The notes below the pieces were generated by a model. The model ran no database searches, was not told the DNA's origin, and saw only the letters and a list, made by a program, of their open reading frames with translations. DNA of 64,000 bases, from contig CM022665.1 of the NCBI GenBank assembly GCA_012295275.1, forward strand, positions 27,466,001 to 27,530,000, written 5' to 3'. The stretch is from Chrysomallon squamiferum. Its lineage: Eukaryota > Animalia > Mollusca. The position numbers and the translations under genes are program-made. This document shows positions 43,755 to 55,095 of the stretch, piece by piece (position 1 is the stretch's first letter; each line of letters begins with the position of its first letter).

Positions 43755-46453
43755 TTATAAAATATATTAATAATACTGATTAAAATAACTATTAATTAAT
43801 GAAAACAAAGTTAAAAATATGACACTTACAATTCATCTTCTACTGCACTTGTAATACTGTCATGTCTCACACGTTTTGCTGGTGGTGGTCCAGTGTCACT
43901 GGTGGTGTCTGCTGATGCAGGTGTTGCTGGCATAGAATCAGAATAGGGCACCAGACTGGACAGTGGGAAATTGTCACTTTCGTCTACCATTCTAGCCAGT
44001 GGGATATTCTCACTGTCCACACTGTCTGCAGTTACCACAGAACTCATACTAGTCTCATCAGTGACAATGTCACGTAATGGAAACATTTTGCCACTTCCAA
44101 GGCCTTGTTTTGGCTGTGGAGGAACTGTTTTTGATGCATTGCTGTCTTCATTGAAGTCTGACATCTCAACATCATTACCAGCAGTTGGAGGACGGTTGCT
44201 CTCATCTGCTGCAAGCTCCATGTCTGTTTCAACAGTACCACTAACAAACGATGCTCTGCTGTCTTCATCTTTGTAAATACTAGGCATTCCTTGAGGCTTG
44301 TTGTCTGCAGTGGATGATCTGGTATCAACATCTTCAACCTGCACAGATGAAGTGTCAGATCTTTCTTTACAGCTGTCTTCATCAATCCCCTTCACTGGAA
44401 ATGTGGTTTTTTCATCATCTTCATTTTCTTTTTTATTGCACGGAGACTGAACTTTATCAGTATCCATTTCAGACAGATTTTCTTGCTTGGCACCTTCTTC
44501 AGAAGTTCTGGATGTTTCATCCTGAGGTATATCATCATTTTTAGTTTCAGCAGTAACTGATGCAGTTGAATGCTCTTTCTGTTCATATTGATCTGAAGAT
44601 GAATCATCTTTCATAACCACATCCTCTGTCCCAGTGAGTGGCTCTGTATTTCCTATGTCAGTTGTAGCTGTCTGTGCTTGATGTTTTACGTCTTCAACAA
44701 CTGCAAGTTTTAACACATCTGACTGACTATCATCAGTATTACTTTCAAAACTACTACTATTACTCTGAATACCATCAGAAGATACTGTCTTATTTTCAAC
44801 TTCAGTATCAATGGTTAATTTGTCATCTTTCTTTTCAAGAGAACATGCCATCAGGACTTGTTTATTTGGTTCATTTTCTGTGCAGTCTTCTGAAACAGGT
44901 AATATGTCATCTTCTGTTAGTGACTTTGTTAAAATTAAACTTTGACTAACCACATTAGATACTTCATCTGGAGATGATTCTACAGACTCACTTGTTTTGG
45001 CATTGATCAAATCAGTCTCATTTAATAATGTTTCTGTTTGTACTGACAAAGATGAATCAACATCTGAATATTTAACTTCAGGCATTTCAGCTTCTAAATT
45101 TTTTGATGTAAAAATTCCTGATTCAGGTATTTTAATATCAGATAAATTTTTATCAGTTTTCTCATCATTATCTTTCTCAGAATTCTCCACATTAATAACT
45201 TTAAATTCAGTTCCTACAGACATTTCATCTGTGGGTAGATCTGCTAATTTTATTTCTGTTATTTTAGTATCTGGGAGATCATTATCCTTTTTGTGACCTA
45301 ACAAAATGATCCCTGAGTCAGGCATTTCTGTCAAACCAACCTGAAGAATTTCAGTCTTTAAAATATCAGATTCCTGTTTGGTTTCCACCATTACAGATGA
45401 AGTTCCTGAATGAGATAAATCAGTAGATGAAATTTTTAGTGCAGCTGTTTCAGTTGTATCTTTAGAATCGTTTGAAGATAATGAAGATTCAATATTAGAC
45501 ACATTTTCAGTCCTTTGTTCTTCTTTATTCAGGTCAGCTATAGTTTCTTCTATTTCTGTTTTAGATGAAGAATTCTGATATGCATCAGTATGTTCTGATT
45601 GCAGTATTTCTTCTGCAGTTTTTCTGTCATCTTCTGCAGATTGGCAAATCAGTGGATCTGACACTTCAACAATTTTTGTTATAACATGATCCTCGCTTCT
45701 AGGATTTTCTGATGGTAGTGTTATCAAAGTATCAGTTTCAGATTTTTCAGATACCTGATCTTTTGCTTCTGTTTGACTTCCTGCAAACAACACAATTCCT
45801 GAATCTAAATCTAATTTTTTCTCAGCTATATTCTCCAGAAATAATTTAACATCAGAATCTGCAGAAACTGAAGCTGAATCTTCTGATTTTGATACCACAG
45901 AAACATCCTCAATAACTGATTCCATCTCAGATGGCTCACAAGCAAGAACAGATGCAGTACTTAATAACTGTTGATTATTTTCATCAGTGTTGTTTAAAAT
46001 ATTTGAACTGATTAAGACAGAATGTTCATTACTAGTGTCGGTTTCAAATATTGACATTGGTAGCTCTGCAGAAATTAAAGTTGTAGAAGATTCCAGCTCC
46101 AGGTTTGATGAGGCAAAGGTAATATCTTCCAGTAATTTAGCTTTACCTTGTAATTTTTCCAAGACATCAGCTGTTACATGTTGTTTTGTGACTTGTGTAC
46201 CTGGCATAGCACTTTCTGTGCATTCTTCTGAAACAGGTAATATGACATCTTCATTTAGCAAAGTCTGTTCACACACAGTAGATTCAACTTCATTGGAAAT
46301 ACTACCTGAATCACACTCCATTTCTTCTTCAAGTTGTAAATTCAAATCAGTCTCCTGATGAGAAGTATTTGTTTCAAGCCTTTGTTGTTCAAATGTATCA
46401 ACATTTTCATCAGATTCAGGTGTAACTTTCTGTTTGTTAAAATCACTATCCAT
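34685..46453 (-). CDS. PHF10: PHD finger protein 10 / BAF45A / SAYP orthologue (PBAF subunit), ~1270 aa after correcting a 2-nt indel
   Basis: Coding exons 43830-46453, 42903-43027, 42458-42541, 40516-40583, 40005-40073, 39471-39597, 38564-38673, 37313-37442, 36636-36737, 35881-35998, 35374-35486, 34997-35121 and 34685-34700. SAY domain ([58 protein letters not shown]) and double PHD ([35 protein letters not shown]). Exon 39471-39597 is frameshifted as given. Confidence 0.95.
40316..40533. repeat. 72-bp tandem repeat (~3 units) spanning a PHF10 exon/intron boundary
   Basis: TTTTACTCACTTG recurs with the donor G at 40371, 40443 and 40515, an exact 72-bp period. Confidence 0.9.
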
Positions 46454-47395
46454 TTTGAAGATATTAATTTTTTTTTTATATAAGAAAGAGTTGTGACAGG
46501 TATCTTTTATATATCTTATGTGAAAGGAATGTTCTTAAGGACTGTCCATTTTGGCTGAAATAATAATAATAATGATGATGGTATATTTATAATTATAAGA
46601 ATTATAATCAATGGAAACTATAATGCTAAATTTTTCTAAAATGCAATATCTAAATTATTCTTTTATTACAAATATGTGCAAAAACTCAAACATAAAAAAA
46701 AAAAAAAAAAAAAATAATTTTTTTTTTTATAAAATATGACCAAGCACATATAATGCAAACATTTCTATTTTTATATATATTTTTAAAACCCTTTATTAAT
46801 AAATTTAATTGATTTATTCATTTAAATATAATTTATTATTTAAATTAAACACTATTTTTGTTGAGTAGTCTGACAGAAAATATGTTCTTTTTTAATTGAA
46901 AAAATATAATAAAATAATCTTATCACGTTGTGCACGTGTTTTTATTGTTTATGAATATGATGCTGGTGATTATGAATATCATAATCAGTTATTAGTATCA
47001 TGAATAATAGTTAACTGTAACAGAATTACTACAATTAATTACTATTAGCTTCGATCGTTCCCATCGGTCTGTTTTAGTGTTTGTAAGAAACATAAAATTT
47101 CACTTCCACTTCTATATTATCATCATTGCAGCAATTATATTAAATAAAAGATCACAAATAATAAAAAAATATATATTTAATTATTCAGTTTGACTGAAAT
47201 TACATTTATTTTAGTTCTGTTTTATGCTTTATTATTATAGACAAAACTATTGAGAGTATTCGAGTTTCTTTAATAATTGGATAATAATTATACCATAATT
47301 TGATTTAATATTTAATACGTTTTAAGCCGTATGATGATTTATTATTTCTATGATTAACAGTTTTATTTAACGCATTTGAAATAACTGTATCTTAC

Positions 47396-47450
47396 CTTGT
47401 CTTTGTTTCCTCTGTATTTAGCGTCCATTTTGATAAAAATCCGGCCAAGA
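47396..47450 (-). other. PHF10: Probable 5' leader exon of PHF10 containing an upstream ATG
   Basis: A strong AAG|GTAAGA donor after 47396 pairs with the TTTCAG acceptor before 46554. ATG at 47428. The transcription start is not defined. Confidence 0.6.
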
Positions 47451-47642
47451 GGAGTAACTCTAAATCATCGACGATATTAAAAAAAAAAAGAAAAAAAAAA
47501 GAAAAGTATACTCGACAACTTAAATATTATTATTAAATATTGTATTTTATATAACAGTATAAGTCTCATCATCATCCTGCTGCTGCTGATACTACTACTA
47601 CTATTATTATTATTATCATCATCATTATTTTATCTACTTCAG

Positions 47643-48894
47643 ATGCCTTCTCAAATGTATGATGGCAACTACAATTTCCCTTACAACGAACGAGACATAG
47701 AGTTACCAGGTAACGTATTTAGATTTTTAAACGGCAAATGTTGTGAAAATTAATAGAAATTAAACTGAGCACGTCGAAAATTTCAGAAAAAAAATAATAA
47801 AAATAAATAAATAAATAAATAAAAAATAAAAAATCCTCGTCAAATAAATGTGCAAAACAACAAATAAAGTTAAAACTGGAAAAAATGTAGTTCTTATAAT
47901 CAAAAAGACTAATTTTAATTGATTTTGTTAATATAGCAGACTGGGCTTCATAAATACTAATGCTGTCTACATGTTCTTGTGTATCCAGATAGATATATAT
48001 ATATATATATATATACTACAGATAGATAGATAGAAACAGTTATGTGTGTAAATATATAAATCTATATAAGGGATTCCTAATATGACGTATCAAAATAGTT
48101 TTGTACAAACCAATATCTTAGATTTCATACATCTTAGTGTTATTTAAACTGTATATGAAGGTTACCAGCCGATCCGACAAGAACCCAACATCAGCATATC
48201 AGCCGTAATATCAGCCTCATGCAGTGTAATCGTTAACGAAGCTAACCACTACTTGCCTAATGACGGTGTTCAGATATCCCAACAACATTATCAAGGAAAC
48301 GACGTCGTTGTTAATTGTCGCGAAGGGCAACAACATAACTTTTACAACCAAAATACTGATCCACGCTTGCAGATGTGCAACTACAACAATGATGTCCAGT
48401 ATGGCACGTCTGAGAATAACTTGTACGCCAATTCGTATCCTGGACCATGCAGTGACCAGTACTTCAACAGCGACAGTCAGCTAGACAATAGCAACCAGAC
48501 AGACTTTGGTGATAGCAGCATACCTGAAGAATACGTCAACCCTGAAATTCCTCCCGATGCTGCATCGGTGCAGCCTCCGGTAGAAATCAACGTGGATGAA
48601 ATGCTGAGTAATGGTGTTACTGTAGCAGGGTATAAACCGAGACGAATGATCCAGAAGAGGAAGAAGACAAAAACACCAAACGAAAGCAGAAACCACTGTT
48701 ACTGGGACAAACGTCGCAAAAATAATGACTCTGCCAGACGATCCCGCGAAGCGAAGAAAGAGAAAGAGAGAAATTTCTACAAAAGAGCGTTGGAACTGGA
48801 ATACGAAAACTTTCAGCTGAAGGAAAAAGTTGCTTATCTCGAGGAACAGTTGATGGCCTTTAACAGATTAAATAACAATGCGGAGCCATGCTAA
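47643..48894 (+). CDS. bZIP transcription factor, PAR/Giant/CES-2/NFIL3-related (~266 aa)
   Basis: Exons 47643-47709 and 48161-48894 (801 nt, phase 1, open). Basic region YWDKRRKNNDSARRSREAKKEKE followed by the zipper RALELEYENFQLKEKVAYLEEQL. AATAAA at ~49064. Confidence 0.88.
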
Positions 48895-49967
48895 AACGAA
48901 GATAACTCTTACATTGGTAGATAAAACTCTGTTCCTGTTTGTAATGAGCTATGGTAACAAGTACAAGATAAAGTCATTGAACATGTGCTATATATTTAAT
49001 ATTATTTATTTAATTATATTAACGTGACGATTATGGATGTCATTATGTTTCTAAAGTGGCACGAATAAATACTTTAAATACTTTTTTGTTTTGTTTTTGG
49101 CGACTAGATATGTGCGGATAAATAAGTAACGCTAGTTTTAATTCCATTTTGAAAACACACGAACAGCAAAAACAACACTAATAATATGTTCAGTTTGTGA
49201 AATCTATGTTGTTCTTGTTTCGATGAAACCAACATAATAACTCTGATTTAATTAATAATACATGCATTTTCATTACATTGAAAATGAATATACTGAGAAA
49301 GAAAATTTATAACATAATAAGAAACTCAAACATTTGTACATTGGTAACATTCTGAAAACTATCAAATAAAAAAATTAAAAAAAAAATCAAAAAAAAATTA
49401 AAATAATAATAATCATCGTAAATAAATAAAAATATAAATAAAAAAATAAATAAATAAATAAGATAAACAACAAAGACAATATTAAAACAAAAGAATAAGC
49501 TGTATCTTAACTGTCCACTTCAGCCGTGATCTTGTTCTTTGTTCTGTGCGTTTAACAAGCTAGTTACTGCAGCTTGTTAGTGTACAATCTGTTGGACTGA
49601 TTGGGCATTTGGTAAAGATAATCGCTTTCAAGGGATTAATCCAAAACTACAATAGAGGGTATCGGGTCTTTGCAGACGGAAAGCTAATTCGCACAATGGA
49701 AAATATTTTAGCCATCCAGGTTGTGCCAACATTCTTGTAACAGTTACCGGTTACATTAAATATGGACTCCAGTGACGAGTCGGAGGCAAGTTTTTGTGAC
49801 AAGAAAAAAGGAATACATTTAGGAACGTGTAAGAAAGCGAAAGGTGAGGAATTTGTAGTTTCTAATTCTGTTCAAATAAACCAAATAATTATATAATTTG
49901 ATGCGTTCGGACAGATTTACGATTATAATATGAATGAAACAAAGAGAGACTCCAGAAATGTTCAGTG

Positions 49968-50040
<73 letters not shown>

Positions 50041-51167
50041 ACGAGTATTGCCAATTATTTAGCAAAACAATGTCGCTGAAAAACCTCCAAAGTGTATTAA
50101 TCTTAACCTGCAACAAGTTATCATCACCCACCACAAAAATTACCTAAAAATAACGACACAACAGATAGATAACTCAACGAAATAATAGAAACTCATAAAC
50201 GTGAGCTTAGACATTTTATTTTTAATTTCCAGATATTCTTCGTTATCCTGACCAAACATTAATTTCTAAAGTGCATTCAAGCAACATAATCCATGTGATA
50301 TGCATGTGTGTGTGTAATATATATAAATATATATTTCAAGGACCTAAGCGTTTTTGTTTTTAAATTACGATCTTTTAGCATATATATATATATATATATA
50401 TACGTTTTATTTTAAAAATAATTTCTAAATAAGAGAAGGAACATATTTCTGCTAACAGTAACAAAATAAACAGTAGTAGTAATAGTAGTGAAAATCAGCT
50501 TATTTTACTGTATTAGAGATAACACCCCTCCCCACAAAAACAACAACAACAACAAATCAATCAAAAAAAATAAAAAATAAAAAAAAAAAAAAAAAAAAAA
50601 AATAAATAAAAATAAATAAATAAATAAAAAATACAAACAACAACCCAACCCCCGACAAGCCCCACAACTCCTCCATCACATCATTATTAGCAATATGTTT
50701 AATTATGTGGAATTAATATGTTAGTATCTAACCAGCTGCGATTTACCTGCTGAAAGGAAAAAATATTATTAATAATCAGGTGTTAACGGTTATGATAAAT
50801 ATTATAGAAGTATATTAAAATAAACACTATTTCAGGATAAAATAATGACAACGAAAGTAAATGTCATGGCCAGCTAAAAATACACGCACAGACACGCAAA
50901 CACGAACACTCGTACGTACAACCAGATATACACTCACTAACATTAACACCCACAGAGGTATGAATACATTTTCTCTATAAATCTTTTGAATTCCTTTTCA
51001 CGGAAAAGTGCTTTCATGTAAAATGTAATGCATCCCCTACATATGGACATGTTGAAATTATTCTCAAATTAATATCCATCGCCACTGAAAATGAAGATCA
51101 GCGAATCTTCATACTTACTTTGACGAAATACAAAATAACAACAACAACAGCAACAACAACTATAACA

Positions 51168-51217
<50 letters not shown>

Positions 51218-51457
51218 TATTATTATTATTATTATACAAAATAAACAAATAAATAAAAAGGGAAAGAAATGTAATTTGTTTGAGCGGTATAGGTTAAAAA
51301 AGAAAAGCAAAATCACAGTAAAACCGTACAGGTTTGTGTGACATGTCCGTTGTATGCTATTTTATATAATTCATCTAACAACCGTAAAATATTTTTTTTT
51401 TTTTTTTTTTTTAAAGAAGAAAAAAGTAACGAACGAAAGTAAGTAAACAGGAAATAA

Positions 51458-51494
<37 letters not shown>

Positions 51495-52025
51495 CAACAA
51501 CAAAACAAAACTATATAAAATAAATAACAAAAATAAAATTCAACCTGCAGACGTTAAATTACATAAATTCGTTTAATATAACCATAAAGAAAAATCTAAA
51601 TTGAAGAAAAAAGTAATCAGATACACCGAATTATAATAGTAATATTTAAGTAAATAAATAAGAATCAAAGACAGTTCAGAAAAGAAAATCAGTCTAGATA
51701 TATACTTCTATGAAGTTATTTAATAAATATGTTCGTCATATATACTTTCTTTAATATTCAGTATTAATGTCAGAGAAGGAAACAAATACAGGTGTTGTTC
51801 GTATAATCAAACAAAACTGAATGAGGTAGTCCTTTGTATACAGTCGTCATAGCGACTTAAGACTTTTTGAGCCGTTCTTGGGGCTCGTCTCAAAGTGGGC
51901 AAAAAAAAAAAAAAAAAAAAAAAACCCACCAAAAAATAAATAAATAAAATAATATAAAATAAAAATAAAAATAAAACAAATAAAAACAAATATAAATAAA
52001 TAAATAAATAAATAAATAAATATAA

Positions 52026-52131
<106 letters not shown>

Positions 52132-54938
52132 AATAAAATAAATAAATAATATTTTTATATATAAAAACATTAAACAAAAATTAAAATTAAAACAAAATTA
52201 AAAAAATATGTATATATATCATGTCAAATCCATTTCAGCACTGTATAGGCCTAATTATAATGTCTCGTGTATGTGTGTGTTTTATGCCCGATTTTCATTT
52301 GAACATTATTTAATATAAAAACAATAATAATTTATTATAAGTATGTTGTTACTGTTATTGTTATTAATATTATTACGATTATTATTATTATAATATTATT
52401 ATTATTATGAAAAGACAAGACAAAACTAATTTAATTATATCCGATAGCAGGTTTAATTAATAAATTTAAATTATTTATGTTATATAAATTCATCGTTCTT
52501 TTTGGTTTGTGCTATTTTTTATTTTATTTAATTATTTATTTATTTATTTATTTATTTATCTGTTTGTTTGTTTGTTTGTTTGTTTTTTCGTTTTTGTCTT
52601 TTTATTTTTATTATTATTTTTATTTTTTTATTTTAACATACATTTTGTTTTATAGTGGGTCTTATAATTTATCCTAGTGCATTTCAGGCGTTCTTCAGAT
52701 ATGAAAACGTATTTCAACAGCTTTTAAGTAAAAGAACGAAAAATAAAATAAAATATAATAATAATAATAATTATATATCTTTTCAGAATTAAGAGAATAG
52801 ATCTGAATCTAATTTCTCATTTTACATGGAAAACAACAAAGCAGATTATAATGGATTAAAAATCATGACTTTTTTTTACATGGTTCCCTGGATTATGTTA
52901 TTAATTTGTGCTTTGATTGTATTGTAAATTGTTTTGTAATTGCATGTATCCACGTGCATCAATCCTTTTGTTTCTCTAACACAGTTGTACGTAAATCTAG
53001 CTTAAATATATTAGCAAAATACGGTTTTCTATTCAGCTACACACAATGCATTTTATTAATGTACATAGATTTGTGAATGGTCTAAGTTTTACTGTGATGT
53101 ATATCAATCCGATTCAGTGGTAGAAGGAATTTCGCGACTTAGAACACGTATCTATGACGTTTGCCATGAACTAGCGAAGCAAAAATGGTCGTGACGTGTT
53201 GCATTCTGGGACAGTTAACACACACCGGTGATGTCAGTGAAATTAAACGGTTATTACAACCAATAACATTTCATATTACAAAATCAATGACAACAATTTC
53301 GATAAAACAAAATAAACATGTTCTTGGGGTAGCAAGCAAAGGCGGCAAACAGGATTTCCCACATTAGTTACCGTGTCATTTATTCCTTTACTGTCAACAA
53401 CAACAACAACAAAAACTATTTAAAAAAAAAAAAAAAAAAAATAAATAAATAAATAAATAAATAAATAAAAATAAAAATAAACTGTTATTGATTTTCAAAC
53501 TGTTATTGCACCTCCAGCACTTAATGAGACTAAATTACATTTTATCAGCAAGGCAATGGAGGGTCCGAATAAGAAACTATTTTGGGCTGCTTTTAGGGCA
53601 ACAATTATCCCTCATTTCCGATTCGCACAAGCTTGCATATCCTTTGTTTTCATTTTATTTATTTTGGTAAGAATTTGAGGTTTTAGATGTAACTGCACTA
53701 ACTTCGATACGAAATGTATTCGTTTGCATTATTTGGAAACGAATCAGTATGAATTTTATATTTTAAAATAAACTGCTACTACTAATTTCATATTATGAGC
53801 AGAACGATGGAATATCAGGTAATTTCACTCGCTTAAGGTTTTCTCCTATGGGTGAGGGCTGATTATTTGCCCCTATCCTACAATAGGCCTACTCTTACGA
53901 CAAAAGACATTTTATATAATTTCACATGATATATTTGTTTACGTAGTGTTAATTATCACATTCCATTAGAGTATAGTATTACAAATAAAAATAAAGATTC
54001 TAAGACGAATAATTATGTTTCCTTGTAAATGGAATGAGCCTTCTGATTTTATTATAATTTTCTGTAGACTGATATGAATTGACAATATTTTTTTTAGTTA
54101 ATTCCTTTTCGAAATTCTGTTACTTACGTCACAATTTAAATCGTCGTCATCATCATCATTTTTGCTTTTCTTCTTCTTATTATTTATAAATTGATCTTCA
54201 TGCTTTCGGCATATTTTTAATTTTAAGACGTCACCTACAGCGACACTTCTATACAGGAAATTAAATGCTTGATTTGAATAATCTGAAATCGTGACGTTAT
54301 GTCTTTTGGGCATAATTTTAATATTAAAATAATAATCGCCAAACTTTCTCACCTATAGACACAGAAAGGGACACCCACCTACGTATACGTATATGCAATA
54401 ATATACACATAAAATGGATAAGAGAAATATTTTATTTATTTTGAAGAAGAAAGAAGGAAAAAAATAACTGTATTTACACGCTGTAAAACACCCGACATTG
54501 GTGTACGTGTTTTGCATGACATTTGACGATTTTGATACGACCCCTAACAAGTCACAACCAATATTGTGCTTGGCGAACATAGTACAGGGTGGTTATACCG
54601 TTAGTCGATGTTTTGCTTTTCTTATTACCGAGTATCATGCGAAGTTTTCCCAATATCATGCAATGGTAACACACCAGTGTTAGGAGAAACTGATATTAAG
54701 CATATAAGATATATGGATTCTACCGAGAAGGCAGCGTGGTGTGAATGTGCGCGTGCTGTGACGGCACTGTCTCTTTGACAAGTGTTGACAGGAGCGTACT
54801 GTACGGATCTTACCTGTAACTGCATTCCATATAGGCTGCATGTAACAGGATTCAGTATGTGACAACGGCAGAAGGGTATTTCACTCGCATATGTATTTAG
54901 TTTCTTAATTAATCGATGTCACAACAAACTTCGCCCGG

Positions 54939-55034
54939 ATGAACCTCCTTTTGGAAAGTGAGTAGATACTACAGATTTATTTATTTTAATTAACTAAAAA
55001 AAAAATAATAATAATAATAATAATAATATAAAAA

Positions 55035-55095
<61 letters not shown>

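Noticed and set aside
43971-46358. Several 70-120 aa ORFs overlapping the large PHF10 exon
   Set aside because: Shadow frames of a long coding exon.
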